From an uncultured Acidobacteriaceae bacterium (GTDB lineage: Bacteria > Acidobacteriota > Terriglobia > Terriglobales > Acidobacteriaceae), in assembly GCA_963838445.1 (NCBI GenBank), contig CAWIRT010000044.1:47509-111508 (forward strand): a stretch of 64,000 nt of DNA, written 5' to 3'. Shown piece after piece: positions 9,840-18,786 of this stretch. A program made the position numbers and the translations under genes. Positions within the stretch are counted from its first letter, which is position 1. Every line of letters begins with the position of its first letter. The notes under the pieces were generated by a model. That model was not told the DNA's origin and ran no database searches. It worked only from the letters and a program-made list of their open reading frames with translations.

Positions 9840-12630
9840 ATGCCATGGATCTCCCGCGTACGCGCGCTCTTTCGCAGGAAAGAGCTCGCCCAAGAGCTGG
9901 AGGAGGAGCTGAGATTCCACCTCTCTATGCGGGAGGAATGGAATGTCGAGCGGGGTCATGCCGCATGCGGAAGCTCACCGTGCGGCTCGGCTGCGCTTTG
10001 GCAATCTGAGTCTGTGGCGCGAGCAGATGAGCGAGGTTGACCTGGATGATCCTGCCCCAGACCATCCTCCAGGACTTGCGCTATGGAGCCCGCATGTTGT
10101 GCCGCAATGCCGGGTTCACGATCGTTGCGGTGAGTGCCCTGGCAGTCGGCATCGGGGTCAATACCGCGGTCTTCACCGCCTATAAAGCATTCTTCGCCTT
10201 ATCTCTCGATGCGCGCGATCCCGGCAAAATGGTCAACCTCGCGTTGGTTCTTCACTCCGGCGCTACTGATCCGTATTTCAGCTATCCCGACTACGAAGCA
10301 TATCGGGATGGCCTGCATTCCTTCAGTGGCTTGATCGCCGTACGCAACGCTGAGCTGCTGACCTTTTCCGGCGCCGGCGGCGTGGTCAGCGAGCACAGTT
10401 CCAGCGCTGGCTCGCTCCTGGGAAGACTGGGGGTGCTGCCGGGCAGCGCCAGCAATGCAGAATTCGCCGCCACCGCCGCAGTCTCTGAAAACTATTTCTC
10501 GGTTCTCGGCGTCGCGGCGTTGCGCGGCCGCACCTTCAAGGCGGAAGACACTTCATCCCTCGCTGCCTTCCCTTCAGTCCTCATCAGCGAAAACTACTGG
10601 CAGAAGCGGTTCGCCAGAGATCCCGCGGTGCTGGGCAAAACTGTCCGTCTCAACGGGATTGCTTTTACGATAGTCGGCATTACGCCTCACGACTTCGTAG
10701 GTACCAGCGGTTTTCTGGTGCCAGATTTCTGGCTGCCGCTCAGCCTGGAGCCCCTGGTTCACGCAAACGACAATTTGCTGCACGACCGGGAAAATCAGTG
10801 CTGTCGGCTTTTCGCTCGCCTCGGTCCCGGCGTCAGCCTCACCCAGGCGCAAGCGGAAATGACCCTGCTTGCCGGCCGCCTCCGTACCCTGCACGACCCT
10901 CACTCCGAGTTAGGTAAACCCGCTTCCGCACTACTCTGGCCGGGCTCTCCACTCCCCTTCCCTCTCAAGCAATACGGCGGATTGCGTTTCGCTATTCTCC
11001 TCATCATGCTCGCAGCCGGAATGGTGCTGGTGATCGCGTGCGCCAATGTTGCCGGCTTGCAACTCGCCCGCGCGGCATCCCGCCAGAATGAACTCTCCAT
11101 GCGCCTCTCGCTTGGCGCCAGCCGGTTACGCCTCATCCGGCAGTTGTTGACAGAAAGCGCTCTACTCGGTCTGCTCGCAGGTGTAGTCGCCCTCCTCTTC
11201 ACCTGGGCATTGCTGGACGCATTGGTGGCCCTGTTCGCCGCGACCATACCCGCCGAATTTGGCACGATCGTTTACCGGATGACTCCCGACCTCGTGTCTT
11301 CGCCTACGTCTTTGCCATCTCTCTGGTCGCCGGCGTTTTGTTCGGACTTGCCCCGGCGCTGGAAACCTCCCACTCCGCCCTCTCTTCGGCGCTCAAAGCC
11401 AACGCGGTAACTTCTCCATTTCGCGGCCGCCGGCTCCGCGACTACCTCATCGCGGCCCAGGTCGCGGTCGCCCTGGTGCTTATGATCGCTGGAAGCTTGT
11501 TGATTCGCAGTTGCCTTCATTTGCTCAAGATGGACCCCGGATACAACATCAAACAGGTTGTTGACCTTGATCTTCAGTTTCCAGATGGATCGAAGTACAC
11601 TGCGGATCGCAAGCTTGCCCTGGTTCGTGAGCTTCGCACCCGGCTCTACGCAGTACCCGGAATCATCGCCGTCACCACCGCACGCGCACCGCTCGGCAAT
11701 GGCCTTCGCTATGCCGCCGTCTCGCTGCATGCGGACAGCCCCTCGGCTCAAACCGGCCGGGGGCTCGAATACGATTATGTTCAGCCGAACTACTTCCAGA
11801 CGCTCGGTATTCCCCTGCTCTTCGGCCGAGGCTTTCCCTCGCAGGCCGGCCAGCCTGAACCCTCAGTCATCGTCAGCGAGTCGGCAGCCAAACAGTTCTG
11901 GCCAGGCCAGAACCCCATCGGCCGAACCCTCCGCTTGAACACCGAAGGGCAGTTCCATGGCAAGAACGAAATGCTCCCCGACGGTCCGGCCTACCAGGTC
12001 ACCGGCATCGCCCGCAACACCCGCGGGCTTAACCTTGATGGCAGCGATACCGTGCAGGTCTATCTACCGTTGCCTGAAGATCGTCTCCAGGATTACCCAA
12101 TCCTCATCCGCACCGCGTCTGACCCTACGCAGGTGATTGGCGCGCTCGGCCCCGTGATCTCTTCAGTAGATCCCGACTTAGTGGCACACGCTGACACCCT
12201 GGCGGAGATATTTCGCCTGACGCCGACCTTCGCCATCCCCAGCACCGCAGCCGCCATAGCGTCCACGGTCGGCCTGTTCGGTCTCCTGCTGGCATCGATG
12301 GGCATCTACGGCACTATCAGCTATGTGGTAGTCCTGCGCACCCGCGAAGTCGGCATCCGTATCGCTCTCGGCGCCGGCAAGCAAGACATCCTCGGGCTCA
12401 TGCTGCGCGAAAGCACGCGGCCCGTGCTGGCTGGATTGCTCGTCGGCATGTGTCTTGCTGTTGGGGCCTCTTACCTGCTGCGCCGCGTCCTGTATGGACT
12501 CAACACGGTCGATGGCGTCTCTTTTGCCGGAATTTCGATCTTGTTCCTGACCATAGCGCTCTTCGCCGCCTATCTGCCTTCCAGACGAGCGATGCGCGTT
12601 GATCCGGTTATGGCGCTCAGGTACGAATGA
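9840..12630 (+). pseudogene. ADOP-type duplicated FtsX/MacB-like permease, interrupted by three apparent frameshifts
   Basis: One permease is readable across four ORF-track frames:
- 9840-10040: MPWISRVRALFRRKELAQELEEELRFHLSMREE
- 9943-10185: [31 protein letters not shown]
- 10037-11410: [36 protein letters not shown]...
- 11338-12630: [12 protein letters not shown]...REVGIRIALGAGK...RVDPVMALRYE*
The frame changes fall near 9950 (G4 run), 10040 and 11290. Confidence 0.75.
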
Positions 12631-12663
12631 CTCGCGGTCTCACGTGGTTACGCTTGAAACCCT

Positions 12664-13620
12664 CTAAGTGTGAGGAGTGAGTGGACGCATCACCCTCGCA
12701 TGTACCCGCGTCCGCGCCAGGCGATGGCTGATGCCTCGCCACCAGTGTTCCAGATCCGATGGATCGACGAAGAGTATATAAGCCGTCAGCACGTCCCAGG
12801 AGAGCATGGGGATGTTGAGCGTGTATTCAATACACAAATGAAAAAGCAGACCCAACAGCAACACTGGATAGCGGAATCGCCGGAACCAGATGAGGACCCC
12901 AAGGGAAAACTCAAGCGCCAGAGTAAACCAACTGCCCGCTTTCAATATCGCGGCAGATTGGATCCACCGTGGCACGGGAAACCGTGCCAGCGAATGCAGA
13001 TGGATCACGTAATAGAGTGCCGTTCCGTTGAGCCAGGTGTGGCCCTTCATCTTCCACCAGAAGGTGGTCAGGTACATCAGCGCCAGCTCGAATTGGATCA
13101 TCCGTTGCGCCCAGGGTGCCCGCGGCTTGACTTGGGGACCTTCCAACCCTCTGCGAACTCGTATCAGACGGTCTACTGAGAAAGCCGCTCCCGCCGGGGC
13201 AAACATGAGAAAAAAGCCGGCGACGCGCAAAAACGTGTCACCGCCGTGAAGCATCAGCAGATTCCTCTGATCCATCGAAGTCAGACAGAGGTAGACAGCG
13301 ACGCTCATGACACGAGTCCATAGGCCTGCCGTAAGCAGCACCGCACAACCCAGAAAAACCCAGAAGAATGCTGTGATCCAGCGATCATCCTGAGGCATGA
13401 CGGTAAACAGGTTCAGGCGCACACCCGTTTCTACTTGTCTCATGCTCGACAGGGTTATCCAGCCATGAACGCCGAACCAATTCAGCCAGTCGGAATGCAG
13501 CAAGACAACCGTGGCCGAAACACAGATACCGTAGAAAATTCGGAACAGAGAGATGGGAATCGGTGACTCTGGCGTGAAGAAAAAATGGTCCCAGGCTTCT
13601 ATCAATTTTCGTAGCGTCAT
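12664..13620 (-). CDS. HTTM-domain (vitamin K-dependent gamma-carboxylase-like) polytopic membrane protein, SdpB-like
   Basis: 318 aa with multiple TM segments. Typical HTTM N-terminus: IEAWDHFFFTPESPIPISLFRIFYGICVSATVVLL. Its start overlaps the upstream gene's stop (ATGA at 13617-13620). Confidence 0.7.
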   Translation of the reverse strand: MTLRKLIEAWDHFFFTPESPIPISLFRIFYGICVSATVVLLHSDWLNWFGVHGWITLSSMRQVETGVRLNLFTVMPQDDRWITAFFWVFLGCAVLLTAGLWTRVMSVAVYLCLTSMDQRNLLMLHGGDTFLRVAGFFLMFAPAGAAFSVDRLIRVRRGLEGPQVKPRAPWAQRMIQFELALMYLTTFWWKMKGHTWLNGTALYYVIHLHSLARFPVPRWIQSAAILKAGSWFTLALEFSLGVLIWFRRFRYPVLLLGLLFHLCIEYTLNIPMLSWDVLTAYILFVDPSDLEHWWRGISHRLARTRVHARVMRPLTPHT

Positions 13621-14222
13621 GGAAGATCCCCGGGCTGTAGATAATCGTCATAGAAGACGCTCGGCCTGGGAACTGGGTCGGACGACTCATCTGCTCCCGG
13701 ATGGATAGCGGACTGAAATTGAATGAGGAGGATCTTATCGGGAGGATCGGATTTGTTATTCAATTGCCTCCCAAGGTGCCTGGCAACATCTGGCCATAGC
13801 GGAGCATATTGCGGCTGGGGCAATACCTCTGAAAATTTCCGGTATCTTTCTTTCCGCAACCGCTCTGCAAAACCAAGTTCCTCCATCCTGGGAAATGACC
13901 AGACCTGCATGTGGCGATCTCGGGTGATCACCACGCCTTTGACATAGGAATTGACTGACTCAGGATCGGGAGCGAACATGTCCCATGTTTGAAAAAGCCC
14001 ACTCCATCTCATGTAAGGCATGACAAGCTCTCTGATACTCATCAATGCTGAGAAGCGCAAGGGCACGGCCACACAGGTAATCACGATCAGGTGAAACAGG
14101 ATGAAGACGCTAATTGCGCCGCGACGCAGGGCTCCCATCTCGAACTCGGCTCCCGGTTTGATTTGCGGGTGGCTCCGGCCCTTAATTTGTTTCTTCCGCT
14201 GGTTGCCTTTCGCTTCGCTCAT
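13617..14222 (-). CDS. single-pass membrane protein translationally coupled to the HTTM gene (in the SdpA-like position)
   Basis: 201 aa. Basic N-terminus, one TM (ISVFILFHLIVITCVAVPL), then a soluble domain containing FQTWDMFAPDP. 4-nt overlap with the HTTM gene. The family assignment is inferred from gene order only. Confidence 0.5.
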   Translation of the reverse strand: MSEAKGNQRKKQIKGRSHPQIKPGAEFEMGALRRGAISVFILFHLIVITCVAVPLRFSALMSIRELVMPYMRWSGLFQTWDMFAPDPESVNSYVKGVVITRDRHMQVWSFPRMEELGFAERLRKERYRKFSEVLPQPQYAPLWPDVARHLGRQLNNKSDPPDKILLIQFQSAIHPGADESSDPVPRPSVFYDDYLQPGDLP

Positions 14223-14505
14223 CGTTCTTCCTCAAATAGAACCTCGGCTCTTACGTTCACGACAAGTACTGGACGTCCTTTCCGCTTCTTATGTTCGGTC
14301 ATTGCCGCGATTTGCTGAAGTGGGGTGAACCATTGGCTTGGTGGAGAAATCTGCGTTGGTCTCCGCCTGGAGAACGGTAGACAATGGAGGCGCACTCAGG
14401 ATAATCATCTCCATGCCTTCGTTCATTATAGGGAGAGAATCCTTTCCTGAAACGAATCCGTCTCCGGCCCCCTTGCGGGGCTGCGAGTTGAGAGGAAGAC
14501 GAGAA

Positions 14506-15981
14506 ATGATCAACAGCAAATCCATGGTCGCGCTGCCGATGCTGATGTTCACCCTGTCGAGCCTGGTCATGGCCGCGGACACCAATAGCGATCTCCTGAA
14601 GAAGAACGGCTCACTGGACCGGCTCTTCAAGCAGGCCGGCGTGTACAACGCATCAAGCACCGGCAAGACGCCAGGGTTCGTCGTCGATCCCGCGTGGCCG
14701 CAGCCTCTACCAAACAATTGGCGTCTTGGGCAGGTTGGCGGGCTCTTTGTCGATCAGCACGACCACATCTGGGTCTACAATCGGCCCCGCACCATGACGA
14801 ATGAAGAGGCCGGACTGGAAGGGCCCGTCCCGGGCGCCGTCGATCAGAAGGGTCAACCCATCAACGGCCTTGGCCAGGTCCGACTGTATGGCACCATCGC
14901 AGATTGTTGCAAAGCAGCTCCCTCCGTTCTGGAGTTCGATTCCGACGGGAAGCTTTTACGCGCCTGGGGTGGTCCGGCCGATCCCGGTTTTGTCGGCGGT
15001 AAGTGTAAGACCGAAGCAGGCTGCATTTGGCCCAGTAGTGAGCATGGTATTTATGTCGACCATAACGACAATGTGTGGTTGTCGGGAAATTCCGCGGCGG
15101 CGGACCATGGAGGCTCACCTTGGGCGACGAATAAAGACGGTGGCGATGGCTTCGTGCTGAAGTTCGACATGGACGGCAATTTCAAGATGAGAATCGGTGG
15201 AACGCCAAAGGGACCCGATAGCAACAATACGGATGGCGGGATTAACGGCACACCGCTGCTCTACCAGGCAGCGGATATGGTAGTTGACCCGGCAACGAAC
15301 CGCCTGTATGTTGCCGACGGCTACGGAAATCGCCGCGTCTTGATCGTTGACGCCGACACCGGCAAATACATCGGCCATTTCGGGGCCTATGGAAACAATC
15401 CCATCGACGACGCAGCGGCCCAGGCCGCCGGTGCATGGATCGAGGGCTATACCAAAGGCAACAAGAAACCCGCGTTCTTCCGCAACCCCGTGCATTGCGT
15501 CAAGATAGCCGATGACGGAAAGATGTACGTCTGCGACCGTGGAAACGATCGCATCCAGGTGTTTGACATCCACGATCCCGCTCTTGGCAAGCCCTGCAGC
15601 AATCTCGGCGGCGCCGCCGGCAAATGTGGCTTCGTCGCCGAGCAGTTTGTCAGCGACCACACCAACATAATCGGAACTGCCGTTTCCATGAGCTTCTCCA
15701 AAGATAAGGCCCAGAGTTGTCTCTATATTGGAGATAACGCCAACATGACAATCTATGTCCTGAACAGAAGCAACCTGCAGGAACTGGGCCGGCTCGGACG
15801 TAGCGGCCGGATGGCGGGAGAATTTCACTGGATACACCAGGTGAGCCTGGACAGCCAGGGCAACATCTACACCGGCGAAGTCGACACTGGAAAACGTATC
15901 CAGAAGTTTCTCCGCTATGGCGCCACGGGGTGCAGCGGGACCGGATCGTCAATCGTGGGTGGACCCATGGTCGGGAGGTAG
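14506..15981 (+). CDS. secreted NHL-repeat beta-propeller protein, peptidyl-alpha-hydroxyglycine alpha-amidating lyase (PAL)-like
   Basis: Signal peptide MINSKSMVALPMLMFTLSSLVMAAD. PAL-like entry motif VVDPAWPQPLPNNWRLGQVGGLFVDQHDHIWVYNRP. NHL blades NRLYVADGYGNRRVLIVD, MYVCDRGNDRIQVFD and CLYIGDNANMTIYVLN. Confidence 0.7.
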   Translation: MINSKSMVALPMLMFTLSSLVMAADTNSDLLKKNGSLDRLFKQAGVYNASSTGKTPGFVVDPAWPQPLPNNWRLGQVGGLFVDQHDHIWVYNRPRTMTNEEAGLEGPVPGAVDQKGQPINGLGQVRLYGTIADCCKAAPSVLEFDSDGKLLRAWGGPADPGFVGGKCKTEAGCIWPSSEHGIYVDHNDNVWLSGNSAAADHGGSPWATNKDGGDGFVLKFDMDGNFKMRIGGTPKGPDSNNTDGGINGTPLLYQAADMVVDPATNRLYVADGYGNRRVLIVDADTGKYIGHFGAYGNNPIDDAAAQAAGAWIEGYTKGNKKPAFFRNPVHCVKIADDGKMYVCDRGNDRIQVFDIHDPALGKPCSNLGGAAGKCGFVAEQFVSDHTNIIGTAVSMSFSKDKAQSCLYIGDNANMTIYVLNRSNLQELGRLGRSGRMAGEFHWIHQVSLDSQGNIYTGEVDTGKRIQKFLRYGATGCSGTGSSIVGGPMVGR

Positions 15982-16084
15982 TACCCGTGGGCGAGGCGCT
16001 TTGCACAGCGGCAGGCAGCCTCGAATTCATAGCCCGTTCCACGAATTACCCGCATCCGGTGTATCCAAGCGCGCGAAAACAAAC

Positions 16085-16801
16085 GACTCCCCCTTGCGGC
16101 CGGTCGTGGAGTCTCTACATTTTTAGAGCGTGGACTAGCCAAATTTTTGGTGGGACATGCGAATCCTCGGGCGCGACCGCGCTGGTGCTTTGTATCAGGG
16201 CGCGACTTTAAGTCGGGCCGCTAAGGCTCAATAAAAGGTCTGGGCTTTAGAGTCTGCGTGAAAACGCCATGTTCAACCCAGTCCCGCAGGGACGCCTGAG
16301 CTTAGCCCAGGACGTTAGTCCTGGGTAGGATTTGAAACAGATTCAAGTCCCGGAGGGACGGCTGAAACAGGCTTCAAAGGCAGAGACAAACTCCGGACGA
16401 AGGGCACGGCTTCACAGGCTGCGGAAAAACTCGGTTTTTTGGTAGGCCGGGGATTTATCCCCGGCGCAAACGCAATGAAATCATCGTGGGCTTTAGCCCC
16501 TGGGGTATGCGTTCCTGCCCAAATCCGACTTTTCCAGCCGTGCCGAAAATGGCCTGCACACTTGAGGGCTTTTAGCCCCTGCGCTTTTCTCCTGGCCAGG
16601 CAAGTGAAGCAGTAGGAGTACTACTCGGCGCTATCCCGCGAGTTCTGCCTTGATAAGTTTCCGAACGATAGAGTGGCGATGCTCCAAAAAGCTCTGCCCA
16701 TCCCGTGTACGCACTTCATTCTGGATCGCGCCCATTCTAGAGGAAGATGGCCGCAGGGGCGAAATCCCAATTTTCTTTCCGTCTTTTACGGCCCGATTAA
16801 A
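16085..16801. repeat. cluster of interspersed palindromic (REP-like) units
   Basis: Hairpin units gtcccgcagggac, cccaggacgttagtcctggg, gtcccggagggac and ccggggatttatccccgg recur at 47.5, 55.1 and 63.7 kb. 16085-16216 is an inverted paralogue of 18112-18235. Confidence 0.75.
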
Positions 16802-18111
16802 GAGGCTGCGGAAAAAGTCACTAACAAGGGACTTTTCGGTTGGAGAGCGTTTGTACTAAGAAGGAAGTATGCGAGGAGCCGATCAGAATCAGGGTTTTAT
16901 GTACAGTTACGTGACGATGGAGCGCCGGATCCGTGTGAATCATCCTGCTCGAAAGATTCGAGCGTTGGTGGACCGTGCGCTTGAGCGGATGGATTCAGCG
17001 CTGGATGGGATGTATGCGTCTAACGGCCGTCCATCGATTGCTCCGGAGCGTCTATTACGGGCGCAGCTTTTGATGGTTTTGTACTCGATCCGATCGGAGC
17101 GTCAGTTGATGGAGCAGCTGGATTACAACCTGTTGTTCCGGTGGTTTGTGGGTCTTGAGATGGACGATGCGGTGTGGGACGTGACGGTGTTCACCAAGAA
17201 CCGAGGTTTGATTGCCGGCCAGGCCAGTCAGCAGCTACTGGTGGCAATAGTGGAAGAGGCGCGTGGTCAAGATCTGCTGAGCGAGGAGCACTTCACGGTA
17301 GACGCGACGCTGATCCAGGCCTGGGCTTCGGCACAGAGCTTCAAGGGCAAGAAGAACCCGCCGCCTCCTGGCTCCGGTTCGGGGAAGAAAGGGGAGTTGT
17401 TGCTGCGCGACAAGGTGGAATCCAGCACCGATACGGATGCCCGGCTGTATAAGAAGGCGTTGGCGGACAAGGCGGTGCCGAGCTATCAGGGTCACGCGTT
17501 GATGGAGAACCGTAATGGGTTGATCGTGGCGGCGGAGGCCAGCCGGTCCTCCAATGCTGCCGAACGCGAAGTAGCGCTGAAGATGCTGGATCGGGTGATC
17601 GGATCAAAGTGGAAACGGCTGGACAAGAAGGTCACGCTCGGCGGCGATGCGTTGTATCAGGAAAAGCAGTTCCTCCAGGGGCTGCGCGAGCGCAAGGTGG
17701 CTCCGCATATCCACGAATACATCAAGGGCAATCTGGACATGAACTGCCTGACAAAGAGAGAACGAAACGACAAACGGCGTGCCATCAGTCACAAGAAACG
17801 CAAGCTGATCGAACGAGCCTTTGGATGGAGTAAATCCGATCGGCAACTAGGGCAGGTCAAGCTGCGTGGCCTGACGCGTGTGGACTGGTTCTACCGGCTC
17901 ACCATGGTCGCTTACAATCTGACGCGGATCAGCCGGCTCGTCCCGCTTCACACCACGGCCATCTGAGCCAGACGTGTGTCTGGATCCCGGCAAAGCCGCA
18001 GCAGAGAGTCGCAAAACTCAATAGAAACGCACCCAATATCCTCGGCAGAAACTGAAAATGAACCACAAAGGCCCCAAAAACAGCCAAAAGTCGAAGTTTT
18101 TCCGCAGCCTC
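16802..18111 (+). mobile_element. IS5-family insertion sequence (1310 bp) with 15-bp terminal inverted repeats and a 4-bp TAAA target duplication
   Basis: IR-L is gaggctgcggaaaaa (16802-16816). IR-R is its exact reverse complement (18097-18111). TAAA flanks both ends (16798-16801 and 18112-18115). The element has a single transposase ORF. Joining the flanks recreates a sequence matching the paralogous repeat at 16178-16220. Confidence 0.8.
16869..17966 (+). CDS. IS5-family DDE transposase (InsH/DUF772 N-terminal domain)
   Basis: 365 aa. N-terminal block GRPSIAPERLLRAQLLMVLYSIRSERQLMEQLDYNLLFRWFVGL is typical of the IS5/IS1182 transposase N-domain. Candidate DDE residues lie in FTVDATLIQA, LGGDALYQEK and IERAFGWSK. 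Confidence 0.85.
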   Translation: MRGADQNQGFMYSYVTMERRIRVNHPARKIRALVDRALERMDSALDGMYASNGRPSIAPERLLRAQLLMVLYSIRSERQLMEQLDYNLLFRWFVGLEMDDAVWDVTVFTKNRGLIAGQASQQLLVAIVEEARGQDLLSEEHFTVDATLIQAWASAQSFKGKKNPPPPGSGSGKKGELLLRDKVESSTDTDARLYKKALADKAVPSYQGHALMENRNGLIVAAEASRSSNAAEREVALKMLDRVIGSKWKRLDKKVTLGGDALYQEKQFLQGLRERKVAPHIHEYIKGNLDMNCLTKRERNDKRRAISHKKRKLIERAFGWSKSDRQLGQVKLRGLTRVDWFYRLTMVAYNLTRISRLVPLHTTAI

Positions 18112-18240
18112 TAAAGTCGTGCCCTGATACAAAGCACCAGCGCGGTCATTCCCCCAGACCCGGCCCATTCCGCAGATTTTGGTTCTGACCATGAGAGATG
18201 TAGAAACTCTACGACCCGGCTTGCGGCCGAGTCGTGTAAG
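18112..18240. repeat. right-hand part of the REP-like unit interrupted by the IS
   Basis: taaagtcgtgccctgatacaaagcaccagcgcggtc... is the reverse complement of 16178-16216. Related copies lie at 47797-47822 and 60369-60394. Confidence 0.7.
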
Positions 18241-18256
18241 AAATACCTGAGTATGG

Positions 18257-18673
18257 TTACCGGGCTGCCACGGAACCATGGTATTCGCCAGCCGGCTGCG
18301 CTTCCTGATACCGAACTCTCGTCTCCATTTTCGATACTGGAACATGAGCACTGAAAGCCGTCGACGAGATCTTGCTCAGGAAATATTGATCCCCATACCT
18401 ATGAAAAATAAGTTTGTTGCCCACCATGGAAATGGGCTCCATGGTCGTAGCAACCAATACGTTGAGTTGCCGATCCATGTTTCGAACCGTGACAAACCCC
18501 CAGGGGTCGCGGCTTATCTTGTAAGTGCCGGGCGGAAACTGATCGTGGCCGACCGTGAAGTTAAAGGGTACTTTGGCCAACACAACTGGATTCGACGCGA
18601 ATGCCCGGGCAGCGGTGGAAAGGTTTGCCAAGGTCAGAAGCGCGGTTACCGTGAATAAGAAAAGTTTCATCAC
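18257..18673 (-). CDS. small secreted hypothetical protein
   Basis: 138 aa with a clear signal peptide (MMKLFLFTVTALLTLANLSTAARAFA). No recognisable domain. Confidence 0.5.
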   Translation of the reverse strand: MMKLFLFTVTALLTLANLSTAARAFASNPVVLAKVPFNFTVGHDQFPPGTYKISRDPWGFVTVRNMDRQLNVLVATTMEPISMVGNKLIFHRYGDQYFLSKISSTAFSAHVPVSKMETRVRYQEAQPAGEYHGSVAAR

Positions 18674-18786
18674 ATCATCTCCTTCGGAACGAAGTATCTT
18701 CGTTGAGACTTCCCTCTCTAAATCGGAAATGAGCTCAGAAACCCGCCAAACCTATGCCTGCAAAATTCCGCCAGGCTGCTGCTCTA

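Noticed and set aside
9840-12630. Programmed ribosomal frameshifting as an explanation for the broken permease and other genes
   Set aside because: I saw no shared slippery heptamer or downstream structure at the break points. The shifts go in both directions, occur up to three times in one gene, and affect unrelated gene families.
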